Below, one piece after another: positions 47,205 to 55,835 of a DNA stretch of 64,000 nucleotides. The translations under genes and the position numbers were made by a program. The notes beneath the pieces were generated by a model. The model was not told where the DNA came from and did not search any database. It saw only the letters and a program-made list of their open reading frames with translations. Numbering within the stretch: position 1 is the stretch's first letter; every line of letters begins with the position of its first letter. This DNA comes from a virus, in IMG/VR virus record IMGVR_UViG_3300045919_000302, positions 1 to 64,000 of that record. The stretch is one strand, 5' to 3'.

Positions 47205-48070
47205 CCGGCACCCCTCACGACGTCTTGAGCATTCCTTACGGCTGCCGTGAGACTGGCACCCGTAGACAACGCCCAGGTGAGCGCGGCGCTAATGATGTCC
47301 CTGGCTCCGAGAGGACTGCCACCTTGAGTTGGGGACTCATAGATGACGGGTTCTCCGTCAACCCCATGTAACGTGAGTGTGCTGTCGCCGCACTCCAGAA
47401 TGTAACAGACACCATGCCTGGCTCTAAAACTCTCAACATCGTGGGCCCCGGTTCTGATACGCATGTCTTCCAGGTCCTCAGAGTTCAAACGTAAGATCCC
47501 CGCACCCCGGTAGAGGAGGGGATTCCTCCTGGAGCAGCCATCAACGACAACGGGGACGTTCTGATCCAGTCCGTACTGAATCAATGTCTGAGCCACGCGC
47601 TCACAGATGAGCCCCTTGTCGTAGTCAGAGACCAGGATCGCGTGAGGCTTCCATGACAGCTCGCGCATGAGCCCCTCAGTAAAGCTGATCGAGACCTGCG
47701 GCTCGTAGGGGGTCGTGTCTTCTTCGTCCACCCGGAACGCCAGCTTGCCGCGAACATAGTACCGGTTCTTGACCGTAGTTCTTTTGGATTGAGTCCCCAC
47801 CCAGCGATCCCCAACGCCGGCCGAATCGAGGGTGCTTCGAAGATCTATCCCGTCTTGGTCGTCCCCGATAATCGAGCAGAGCCTCGCCTCGGCCATAGAA
47901 AGCTTTCTGGCAGCGTTGGCGGCCATGCCTGGGCGGGTTTGCGTGGCCTGTGGAATGAATACTGGGACCGGGGCCTCTCCACAAAGACGTCGAGCTTCTC
48001 CATTGAAGTCACGATCCAGACATACATCTCCGACGACGAGAATTCTCTTAGGACTAGGTTGCCTAGCCAT
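47201..48070 (-). CDS. PfkB-family kinase resembling the HldE/RfaE heptose-7-phosphate kinase domain
   Basis: ILVVGDVCLD...RLCGEAPVPV...GMAANAA...RTTVKNR...SDYDKG; C-terminal GARD in place of GAGD. Confidence 0.8.
   Translation of the reverse strand: MARQPSPKRILVVGDVCLDRDFNGEARRLCGEAPVPVFIPQATQTRPGMAANAARKLSMAEARLCSIIGDDQDGIDLRSTLDSAGVGDRWVGTQSKRTTVKNRYYVRGKLAFRVDEEDTTPYEPQVSISFTEGLMRELSWKPHAILVSDYDKGLICERVAQTLIQYGLDQNVPVVVDGCSRRNPLLYRGAGILRLNSEDLEDMRIRTGAHDVESFRARHGVCYILECGDSTLTLHGVDGEPVIYESPTQGGSPLGARDIISAALTWALSTGASLTAAVRNAQDVVRGAG
47237..47264. repeat. 28-bp spaced palindrome, copy 6 (inside the kinase 3' end)
   Basis: TACG GCT GCC GTGAGACT GGC ACC CGTA. Confidence 0.8.
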
Positions 48071-48371
48071 TGAGCACCTTCTTGTCTTTCTTCAGTGCAA
48101 CCACAGCTTCGCGAAGCTCAATCAGGATTTTGTTCTGCACCTGGATGTAGCTCTCGACCACTTGAGTGTGAAGATGGTTGTGATCCCGAACCTTCTCGAA
48201 CTCTTTGCGGGTATTCTCGGCAAGCCTTGCCTGCTCCGCGATCCAGCGATCGATCTGCATCTGGATCTCCTGGACCTCTTTATTGAGGGAATCTTCCGCG
48301 ACCACCAGTCGCGCCCGAACTTCGGCCTCGACCATCTTCTTGATCATCTTTTCAATTCTGTTTTTAAACAT
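48063..48371 (-). CDS. Coiled-coil hypothetical protein
   Basis: Heptad-rich, 102 aa. Confidence 0.55.
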   Translation of the reverse strand: MFKNRIEKMIKKMVEAEVRARLVVAEDSLNKEVQEIQMQIDRWIAEQARLAENTRKEFEKVRDHNHLHTQVVESYIQVQNKILIELREAVVALKKDKKVLNG

Positions 48372-48590
48372 TGCCTTCCTCCACGTACCAGTAACTGGTG
48401 ATTTCTCTTTCTTCGGTCTCCATCAGCTCGTCATCGGTAAGCTGGAAGTCCTTCGCCGATCTGACCACCAGAGCCCCGTAGCGGATCCGGTCCACCTCGA
48501 ACAGGTGGCCTTTCAGCATCACCACGAGGCGGTGGCCGCTGGGCCTCTTCGCGAGAAGACCCTGGATGTAACTGATTGAAACCTCTTTGC

Positions 48591-48782
48591 TCATTTCTTA
48601 AGCCTGCGAATCTCAACTTCCTTTGGGGCCGAGATCCTGAGTCTTGCCGCACGCCCGATGCCGGGTCCGCCCACCTGAACAACAAGAACGACAGCGTCGC
48701 CCACTCGGAAGGACATCCCCTCCTTCAAGGTGATAACTACGTTTCCAATTTTTTCTTTAGACTCTTCTTGTTTCTCCATCAC
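48591..48782 (-). CDS. CsrA-like RNA-binding protein
   Basis: VVITLKEGMSFRVGD.VVLVVQV...RLRISAPKEVEIRR. Confidence 0.7.
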   Translation of the reverse strand: MMEKQEESKEKIGNVVITLKEGMSFRVGDAVVLVVQVGGPGIGRAARLRISAPKEVEIRRLKK

Positions 48783-48794
48783 TCTCTCCTTGAG

Positions 48795-49127
48795 CTACAG
48801 CTCATTCAAACCTAACTCTTCAACCACGAGCTTCATGAATTCTACCGGCGCAAGTCTCCGCTGATTGGTGATCGGATGCTCCGAAAGAATTCTGGCGACA
48901 GCCATCAGATCCGCTTCGGTTACTTCGATCTTCTTTGGCTGGGCCACCCAATCAGTGGCGATGATCTGCTCGGCGTAGAAGTGAATGTCGTCCGCAAGTT
49001 TGGTCCTAAGGTTGTTCACGATCTTGTGACCGCGCACCTGCTTGCCGCTGAGGAAGTAAATTAAGTGGGGCTCGCTCGTGCGCCAAAATTCTCGGCCCGT
49101 CCTTGCGACCTCGCTCAGTTGGCTCAC
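48795..49127 (-). CDS. Hypothetical protein
   Basis: IIATDW motif; coupled to upstream gene. Confidence 0.5.
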   Translation of the reverse strand: MSQLSEVARTGREFWRTSEPHLIYFLSGKQVRGHKIVNNLRTKLADDIHFYAEQIIATDWVAQPKKIEVTEADLMAVARILSEHPITNQRRLAPVEFMKLVVEELGLNEL

Positions 49128-49363
49128 GCGAACGCTACCGCCGGCTCGGCCACCAGCTTGTACCCGTTCGAGCGCTCGCGGAATCGGAGCAACTTAATAC
49201 GAAGATCCTTCCCAGTCTGACTTCTTACGACGGCGTAACCGTGGTCTTCTCTTACGAGAAGAACAGTGACTTTGCGACCCCCCGCTCGTTTGTCGCAGTC
49301 CTCCCAGATCTGTCCGGGTTTAACGCTGAACGGATTCGGGCCTTCCGGCTTCTTTCGCGGCAT
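49124..49363 (-). CDS. Small SH3-like hypothetical protein
   Basis: VKPGQIWEDCDKR..GR. Confidence 0.55.
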   Translation of the reverse strand: MPRKKPEGPNPFSVKPGQIWEDCDKRAGGRKVTVLLVREDHGYAVVRSQTGKDLRIKLLRFRERSNGYKLVAEPAVAFA

Positions 49364-49609
49364 CGATGACCTCCATAATGTCTACTTGGTTTTTCAGATC
49401 AGAGGCGTGCGTGAATTTGAACTTGGTCTGCTGCTCAGGACTGATGAGCTTGCGGAACTCTCGGTTTTCACGCCGAAGGAATTCCACTTCACCCGTCAGC
49501 TCTTGGATACGAGACTCAAGCCGTGCGATCTTACGACGAGACACATTCACCTCCATGGGATTGCATTTCGTACAGACTCTATCGAGACATTATGTTGGTC
49601 AAGGCAAAA

Positions 49610-49686
49610 TGGTGGGGAGCACCGATTTGAACGGCACATCTCCGGCGCAAAGCATCAGAGCGCTCTACCTGTTAAGCTAACTCCCC
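49610..49686 (-). tRNA. tRNA-like gene with aberrant 11-nt anticodon loop
   Basis: GGGGAGT TA GCTT AACAGGTA GAGC G CTCTG [ATGCTTTGCGC] CGGAG ATGT GCCG TTCAAAT CGGT GCTCCCC A CCA. Confidence 0.75.
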
Positions 49687-49854
49687 GGAGAAAAAGCTCC
49701 GCCCGAGTAGGTCCAGCCAATCTGTGGTTCCGGGTCCAGTGTATCAATTCGTACGAGATCGTCGTATCCGGCAAGAAAGAGAGGGGCGAGGGCCGGGTCG
49801 TCTAGGACGATTACATTTTCGACAACACCGCTGATGATCTGTGCGAATCTCATA

Positions 49855-50793
49855 CTATTCCATCCACTCGATCACGAGAATACCGTTCGATCCGGCCGCG
49901 CCAGAAGAAGCTCCTCCAGCGGTATTTACTCCGGCCGCAGTACCACCCGCGCCACCACCGCCGCCGCCGCCACCGCCGCCGCCGCGCCCCATGGTACCAG
50001 CCGTACCGGAAAGGCTTCCGGAGGCGGCTCCACCCAAAGAGTTCGCCGCATTACCGCCGCGACCACCACTGCCGCCGCTCGGGGCAGCAAGACCAAGAAA
50101 CGGGTAATCAGACCCGAGGCCACCGATACCACCTCCGCCGCCGCCTCCGCCGCCGCCGCGACCTGTGGACGGTGTCCCACCATTACCCAGAACTCCTGCC
50201 GTAGGTGCAGTGACTGGGGGGTGAAAAAATCCAGACGTGAGACCTGAACCGTTACCGCCGATAAGTCCTACCTGAGCGGGGTTGCCGCCATTACCGCCGT
50301 TCCCACCGTTTGTGCCGCCGGTCGATCCGCTGCCGTAAGACTTCGTCGATCCCACGCCTCCGGTAGTCGATCCGTTACCGTGAGTTGCTCCGGCTGCGCT
50401 TGCTCCGGACCCGCCCGCCGAACCACCAAAACCAGAGGTCACCGCCGCACGGAAAGATACGAGAGTATCGAACGATGTTGTCCCACCATTTCCGCCTGCG
50501 GCATCATGAATGCCGCCAGACCCACCCGCACCAATTGTAATCGTATAGGTCTGGCCGGGGACAACTTTCACTTTGGCGTGCATCATAGACGCACCACCAC
50601 CTCCACCGCCACCATGGCCACCGCCACCGCCGGCAGCATTGGTGGTGCCGTTGACGCCATTTCCGGCCGAGCCTCCGCCGCCACCGCCGCCTGCGCCCGG
50701 TCTGCCATAGATGGTGACATCCGTTGCCCCGGCTGGAGCAACCCAACTCCCGCTCGTGGTGAAGACGTTTCTAACGACACGAGACCTTGACAT
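49855..50793 (-). CDS. Glycine-rich domain protein (tail-fibre/surface type)
   Basis: FTTSGSWVAPAG..YGRPGAGGGG...GSNGILVIEW. Confidence 0.75.
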   Translation of the reverse strand: MSRSRVVRNVFTTSGSWVAPAGATDVTIYGRPGAGGGGGGGSAGNGVNGTTNAAGGGGGHGGGGGGGASMMHAKVKVVPGQTYTITIGAGGSGGIHDAAGGNGGTTSFDTLVSFRAAVTSGFGGSAGGSGASAAGATHGNGSTTGGVGSTKSYGSGSTGGTNGGNGGNGGNPAQVGLIGGNGSGLTSGFFHPPVTAPTAGVLGNGGTPSTGRGGGGGGGGGGIGGLGSDYPFLGLAAPSGGSGGRGGNAANSLGGAASGSLSGTAGTMGRGGGGGGGGGGGAGGTAAGVNTAGGASSGAAGSNGILVIEWME

Positions 50794-50795
50794 AC

Positions 50796-51734
50796 TTACT
50801 CAGTCCATTCGACGACGACCAGCCCGTCAGACCCAGGGGCTCCGGAACCACCGACTCCGCCGGCTCCACCTGCGCTAAGTCCAGATCCGCCACCGCCACC
50901 ACCGCCGCCGCCACCACCGCCGCGACCGCTTGTGCCAGCCGTGCCGCTCCCGCCGTCCGATCCGGTGACGCCAGTCCCAGAAGCAGAGCCAGCGCCGCCA
51001 CCACCGCCCGCACCGCCAGCTCCGCCCGAAGCGGCGCTCTGACCCATCACAGGATAGGTCTCAGCACTCAGACCCGAAGCCCCGCCTCCGCCCGTTCCGC
51101 CGCCACCGCTGCTTCCGTCGGAGGCCCCCGCGCTAACGCCAGCGATTCCACCGGAGGCCGATACGCCGAAAAAATTGTCCGTCATGGTCGCGCCGGCAGT
51201 CCCGACAGATCCGGCAGCCGACCCGCCCGCACCACCCGCTCCGCCCGCGACTCCGCTTGTAGCAACGCTCGTAACCAGGCCGTAGGACGTGCCGTTGGCC
51301 CCGCCAGCACCAGCCCCGCCGCCACCAGCACCCGTTCCGTCAGAGCCGGCTGCGCCCGTCGCCCCTCCGGTAGCACCTTGGCTGGAAGTCCGACCGAACT
51401 TAACGAGGGTTCCAAAAGAAGAGATCCCGCCTACCCCGCCAGATCCGCCGGGTGTCCCGCCAGAGCCTCCAGCGCCGACCACGATTGCGTAAGTCGTTCC
51501 AGGTGTAACCGCCACGCGAGCGCTGGAAATAGAAGCAGAAGCCCCGCCACCTCCTCCCCCGCCTGCCCCGCCGCCCACGCCGGGCGAGCCCGTAAACCCC
51601 GCGCCACCGGTACCGCCGCCTCCGCCGCCGCCAGCGCCGGGACGACCATAGACCGTAACCTCAACGATCCCGGCTGGGGCGACCCAGTTGTCATTCGCGG
51701 TAAAGACCTTTCGAACGATACGAGGAATCGACAT
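50796..51734 (-). CDS. Glycine-rich domain protein, paralog of 49855..50793
   Basis: FTANDNWVAPAG..YGRPGAGGGG...GSDGLVVVEW. Confidence 0.75.
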   Translation of the reverse strand: MSIPRIVRKVFTANDNWVAPAGIVEVTVYGRPGAGGGGGGGTGGAGFTGSPGVGGGAGGGGGGGASASISSARVAVTPGTTYAIVVGAGGSGGTPGGSGGVGGISSFGTLVKFGRTSSQGATGGATGAAGSDGTGAGGGGAGAGGANGTSYGLVTSVATSGVAGGAGGAGGSAAGSVGTAGATMTDNFFGVSASGGIAGVSAGASDGSSGGGGTGGGGASGLSAETYPVMGQSAASGGAGGAGGGGGAGSASGTGVTGSDGGSGTAGTSGRGGGGGGGGGGGGSGLSAGGAGGVGGSGAPGSDGLVVVEWTE

Positions 51735-52480
51735 CAGATTACCCACCAGTTGACGAGGTCAGAAACAACTTCCCAAGAACCAAAGTTCGATTGGAGAAGC
51801 TTATCTGCCGCAAGACCCTCAATGTTCTCGCTCGCGAACCGCTTGAGCGTGATGGGATTGGTTTGAGCAAGTCCGGAAATATCCTTGATCCGGAACATCC
51901 ACTTGCCGCTGGCTGGATTTGGAAGGTCCAATTCCTTGGATGTGGTTGTATTAACCAGAAGTAAAAAATGAGATCCGGTCACTGAAAACGGGGTGGAGGA
52001 AACAGTGTCAACGGCTTGGGCTGTGTTCCCAGTTGGGCCGGCAGGCCCGGTAGGACCCGTGGGGCCTTGTGCTCCAGTTGCGCCAGCCGCTCCAGCGGGT
52101 CCTTGCGCTCCAGTTGCGCCAGTCGCTCCGGAAGGCCCAGTGGAGCCTGTGGCTCCGGTCGCTCCGGTTGCCCCGGTAGGTCCACGCTCACCAACCGCAG
52201 AAGAGAACGTCTGCTTTCCGTGGGAATCCTCCCCTTCGATTCGAACGCTCGCAGCCTGAATGACCAGTTCATTTTCTTTGAACGGGTACAGTTCTCCCAC
52301 GATCGCGATCTTCCCGGAGAGAGCCATGCCATCGAGAAGCTTTCGTGTCCCGAGATACTCCTCATCAGCGATGTCTGCTGAAGCGAAACCAAGAATTTGA
52401 ATCGTCCGCACCGCAAGCGTAACGCTATGGGTGAGGCGAATGGTCAACGGATTAACCGTGATATTTCCAACCTTATGCAT
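51734..52480 (-). CDS. Collagen-like fibre protein
   Basis: About 19 Gly-X-Y triplets; C-terminal LDLP..IKDISG..TNPITL domain. Confidence 0.8.
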   Translation of the reverse strand: MHKVGNITVNPLTIRLTHSVTLAVRTIQILGFASADIADEEYLGTRKLLDGMALSGKIAIVGELYPFKENELVIQAASVRIEGEDSHGKQTFSSAVGERGPTGATGATGATGSTGPSGATGATGAQGPAGAAGATGAQGPTGPTGPAGPTGNTAQAVDTVSSTPFSVTGSHFLLLVNTTTSKELDLPNPASGKWMFRIKDISGLAQTNPITLKRFASENIEGLAADKLLQSNFGSWEVVSDLVNWWVI

Positions 52481-52488
52481 TCTCTACC

Positions 52489-53283
52489 TCAGACCAAAGC
52501 GGCGGTGAATACCTGATTCGTTCCCTGGACTTTCAGAGTGTACCCTTCGGCGACTCCGTTCGATGTCAGCGTAACCCACGAGCGACCACCAGCAATCGAA
52601 CTCAGAAGCGTCCCGCCCTGGCCCCCAGCGATGGTGATAATGTTTTGCGCATGGCTCAGGTTGGCCTGCGCCCAAGCATTGACCGCCGTGGCGAAGTCCG
52701 CGAGGGTCGCGGATCCGGAATAGCCGTAAGTCAGGCCATCGGTTTGATGATGAACACCTGCGGTTGCGTTGTCGGCAAATCCGACGGCATACCCGCTGAC
52801 CGCCGCAAAAGACAGAAGATCATTCGCGCTGAGCGTGATTGCGGAGACGGAGATCGCGCCAGCAGAACCGGTGAGCTGGGTCGCGGCTACCGCAGGGGTG
52901 CGAAGGATCCAAGCGTCATTAAGAGCCGGAGAGCCTGGATCCGAGGTCACAATGGGAAGCGCGGCAGGGCCGCCTTTCACTCCACCAGCATCGAGACTCA
53001 CTGGGGAGGTTTGCGCTCCGTGGGTGTCGGTCGAAAGAATGCGAATGCCGGCGGCCTCGATGATCTGCTGATTTTCCATCAGGGGATACAGAGTTCCAGT
53101 GACAGAGAGCTGGCCTGCTTGGGCCATGCCGTCGATCAGCCTGTGCGTGCCGATGTACTCCTCGTCAGCGATGTCCACGCTGGCATATTGGCCGATATGA
53201 ACCACGCGGGTCGAGAGCGTCACGCTGTGGCGAAGAGTGATGGAAACGACCGGACCCGCTACGATATTCTCCAAACGAATCAT
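52489..53283 (-). CDS. Fibre/decoration protein sharing its N-terminal domain with the collagen protein
   Basis: HSVTL...DIADEEY.GT..L.DGMA..G...LYP..EN...D.HG.QT occurs in both. Confidence 0.7.
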   Translation of the reverse strand: MIRLENIVAGPVVSITLRHSVTLSTRVVHIGQYASVDIADEEYIGTHRLIDGMAQAGQLSVTGTLYPLMENQQIIEAAGIRILSTDTHGAQTSPVSLDAGGVKGGPAALPIVTSDPGSPALNDAWILRTPAVAATQLTGSAGAISVSAITLSANDLLSFAAVSGYAVGFADNATAGVHHQTDGLTYGYSGSATLADFATAVNAWAQANLSHAQNIITIAGGQGGTLLSSIAGGRSWVTLTSNGVAEGYTLKVQGTNQVFTAALV

Positions 53284-53386
53284 GAATCCCCCAGAAAGAT
53301 TGCGCGACGACGCAAAGGTTCAAAGCCTGTTTCTTTGACAGTAAGGGGAGGTGTCGAGCGCCGCAATGAAATTGACATTTTGTAAT

Positions 53387-53463
53387 TGGAGGGGAGGAAG
53401 GGAGTTGAACCCTCCTGAAGGGGATTTAGAATCACCCCGCCTAAACCGCTCGGCCACCTCCCC
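53387..53463 (-). tRNA. tRNA with CUA anticodon (amber suppressor), U73 discriminator
   Basis: GGGGAGG TG GCCG AGCGGTTT AGGC GGGGTGA TT-CTA-AA TCCCC TTCAG GAGGG TTCAACT CCCTT CCTCCCC T CCA. Confidence 0.85.
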
Positions 53464-53470
53464 GCCAAAC

Positions 53471-53770
53471 TTACATCAGGGGAAGATCAGACAAAATCTG
53501 ATCGACCTTTTTGTTCGCAAGGACCGCAAAGGCTGTCAAGGATCCTCCGAGATCCGGTTCGCAAAACCGGGCCGATATCTCCCAGAGGACTTTCTTACTG
53601 TATTCCTCAAGGACTTGGATATTCGGGACCTTCAATAAAACGATCGTCTCGTTATACCAAAGCCGGTGCCAGTCCTCGTCCTTCGCCCACTCCGCTACCG
53701 CATGACATGCCTGCGCTGCCATTGACGACCTCTTCAAGTCCGACCTGACCACCACGTAAAGCTTGCTCAT
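53471..53770 (-). CDS. Peptidyl-tRNA hydrolase, Pth2-like
   Basis: KLYVVVRSDL...AAQACHA...IVLLKV...F.EPD....TA. Confidence 0.8.
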   Translation of the reverse strand: MSKLYVVVRSDLKRSSMAAQACHAVAEWAKDEDWHRLWYNETIVLLKVPNIQVLEEYSKKVLWEISARFCEPDLGGSLTAFAVLANKKVDQILSDLPLM

Positions 53771-54050
53771 GTTTTTCCTTCAAGAGATCAATCGTTGCCT
53801 GGACCGCGCTCGCGTCGTGTTCGTTGCCGGGTCGAGGTCTCTCGATCTGATCAATCGTCCGGCCGCGCAACGTGCTTCGGGCGATGTGCTTGTGACGGAA
53901 CTCCCAGCAGTCCCTGGAGAGCTTCGCAACGAGCTTCCATGTGTCTCCGCCCTTACCGCGCTGGGCGTCTTTGAATTGTTTTCTGGTTTCTCGGATCTCG
54001 TGTGCCAGACGTTTGAGATCCTGCTTGAGTTCGTAGATGACTGATTTCAT
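53652..54050 (-). CDS. Basic helical hypothetical protein
   Basis: AGGAG SD; EFRHKHIARSTLRGRTIDQIE. Confidence 0.65.
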   Translation of the reverse strand: MKSVIYELKQDLKRLAHEIRETRKQFKDAQRGKGGDTWKLVAKLSRDCWEFRHKHIARSTLRGRTIDQIERPRPGNEHDASAVQATIDLLKEKHEQALRGGQVGLEEVVNGSAGMSCGSGVGEGRGLAPALV

Positions 54051-54058
54051 TAATTGCT

Positions 54059-54154
54059 CCTAAGCGATTCGCAGTTTGCGAATTGAAATGTGTTTCATGT
54101 TTACGCCGTTCACTTTTCAGTGAACGTTTACCGGATCTGAAACACACGCTTAGG
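54059..54154 (-). ncRNA. Candidate structured 5' leader containing a 12-codon amber-terminated uORF
   Basis: Four perfect stems: CCTAAGCG/CGCTTAGG, TGTGTTTCA/TGAAACACA, CGTTCACT-GAAA-AGTGAACG, ATTCGCA/TGCGAAT. Confidence 0.7.
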
Positions 54155-54182
54155 GCGGCTTAAAAACCTACATAACTTTACC

Positions 54183-54494
54183 CTACCCGTTCGTATCAGC
54201 GGGGCCAACCGGAATCGAAGTCGTGTCAACCGCATTGGCCAACTGACTATCCAGGTCGAACATTGCCAGGAAGGCGATGGCACGACCATTGGCGGCCTCA
54301 GCCGGAGCCACGCCGGTCAGCGCTCCCCGTCCGCCCTGGTTGTCGTCGAGGCTACAGAGGGCGTGCGTAAGCGCCATCAGTATTTTCGATTCCAGGAATG
54401 CGAGCCACTGGTCGTCATCTTTGAAGTGACCCCTGGCTTCATACAGGATCCCGATTGCCGACTTCCCTTTAAAATTCAAACTCGCATTGGTCAT
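54183..54494 (-). CDS. Hypothetical protein, paralog of 54537..54767
   Basis: FKGKSAIGILYEARGHFKDDDQWLAFLE. Confidence 0.6.
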   Translation of the reverse strand: MTNASLNFKGKSAIGILYEARGHFKDDDQWLAFLESKILMALTHALCSLDDNQGGRGALTGVAPAEAANGRAIAFLAMFDLDSQLANAVDTTSIPVGPADTNG

Positions 54495-54536
54495 GGTAAT
54501 CCCCTTACCTCAAAGATGACGACAGATCAGGCCATG

Positions 54537-54767
54537 TCAATCTGGAAGCGGGGCGAGCGAGTCCGGATCCATACTGAGCAGCTCGAATCCAGCCAGAAAA
54601 GCGAAGGAGGTATGATTTTCGCGATCAAACCAAGCCGTAGTCAGGGCAACCACCATCATTTCCTCCAGAAAAAGCAACCACTGATCACCATTAAGCCTGG
54701 CCTTGGCTTCTTTAAATATCTGAACCGGGGTTTTGCCTTCAAAGCTTACTACATGATTAGTTTCCAT
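54537..54767 (-). CDS. Hypothetical protein, paralog of 54183..54494
   Basis: FEGKTPVQIFKEAKARLNGDQWLLFLE; AAGGAG SD. Confidence 0.6.
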   Translation of the reverse strand: METNHVVSFEGKTPVQIFKEAKARLNGDQWLLFLEEMMVVALTTAWFDRENHTSFAFLAGFELLSMDPDSLAPLPD

Positions 54768-54784
54768 ATTATCTCCTTTTACTG

Positions 54785-55105
54785 TCAACCAAAGCGATAC
54801 AGCTTTCTTTTCCGCCAAAGAGTGGAGAGATTAATCCCCAAAATTTCGGCAGCCTCTTCCATGGTTCCTGTTTGATTCAAGATGCTCTTGATGTGGTCGC
54901 GCTCGATCTCAGCTAGGGTTCGCAAGTCGCCCTTAGACAGAATGGACGATCCGGCCTCAGCCTGATTGACGATAGTCATGGCCACACGCTCACATGCGTA
55001 TGCAACTATAAGATCATCAGTGTTACTCAGCTTCTTGGTGCGCCTGGACCAATCCACCAGCCAACGAGCGTCATTAACCAATAGTTCTTCCGCAAAGTCT
55101 TTCAT
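54785..55105 (-). CDS. Fis-type (HTH_8) DNA-binding protein
   Basis: TLAEIERDHIKSIL...EAAEILGINLSTLWRK. Confidence 0.85.
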   Translation of the reverse strand: MKDFAEELLVNDARWLVDWSRRTKKLSNTDDLIVAYACERVAMTIVNQAEAGSSILSKGDLRTLAEIERDHIKSILNQTGTMEEAAEILGINLSTLWRKRKLYRFG

Positions 55106-55425
55106 TCCGGCACTGCATCAATCCGACGGTCAGTCCGAAGCACCTTTCGCTCGATGGCCTCGTCTACGGCCTTCGCTCCGTAATAGAGGCGCATCTGCCG
55201 GAGCATGATCGTGGCGTCTGCAATCTCCTCGACCGTGACGTCGAAGCTCCCGCTGTTCTTAGGATTGTAATTCTCAACGGCATCCTTGGCGAGTCGGGCT
55301 GTGCATTCGCTCAACTCCTCGATAGCTTTGATCCGCTGAGTTATCGCACCGAAGTGCTGCATGAACTTGCCTGCGTAGGCATCCAGAGCAAACGTGCTCG
55401 ACGCCATTCCGCATGAAGTTTCCAT
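55102..55425 (-). CDS. MazG-like NTP pyrophosphohydrolase
   Basis: IEELSE...EEIAD..IM..Q. Confidence 0.7.
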   Translation of the reverse strand: METSCGMASSTFALDAYAGKFMQHFGAITQRIKAIEELSECTARLAKDAVENYNPKNSGSFDVTVEEIADATIMLRQMRLYYGAKAVDEAIERKVLRTDRRIDAVPE

Positions 55426-55584
55426 TACCGCCTCCTTCTGAAGAAGAACTCAATCTCAGAACAGATCCAGAGACCAATGATAACCAGGGCAATTAAAAAC
55501 ACCAGTTCTGCGAAGAACGTCAGCTTATCCAGGTTGCTCACTTCCATCTGGCTCTTCGTCAGCCATCCAAACCATTGCATGACG

Positions 55585-55818
55585 TCACCCCTGGTTCATA
55601 GATTCGTCGAGGAAGCGCGGCTTGTCCTGGCGGTGAGTCGGGACGTGTACGCGCATCTGTTCAAGGAATATTTTTACAATCTGGTCCTTGGCCATGAATG
55701 GGCTCGGGATCTCCTCTCCGTCCTCATCGTACTTCGGGTTCGACTTCGGGCTGAAGTAGAGGGCCTTTAGCTCTTCGTACCGCTTCACGAACGCATCATA
55801 GTCAACTTGCTGGGCCAT
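55585..55818 (-). CDS. Hypothetical protein
   Basis: AAGGAG SD; follows palindrome copy 7. Confidence 0.6.
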   Translation of the reverse strand: MAQQVDYDAFVKRYEELKALYFSPKSNPKYDEDGEEIPSPFMAKDQIVKIFLEQMRVHVPTHRQDKPRFLDESMNQG

Positions 55819-55835
55819 GGGGTCTCCTTACGTTG

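Noticed and set aside
49610-49686. tmRNA
   Set aside because: It has a complete D-arm, no G3:U70 and no internal tag reading frame.
49900-51650. GCC/CCG microsatellite-like runs
   Set aside because: Explained by poly-Gly codons in the glycine-rich genes.
54059-54154. Canonical c-di-GMP-I riboswitch
   Set aside because: Only the P2-like arm matches; the tetraloop-receptor hairpin is not evident. Kept as an unclassified structured leader.
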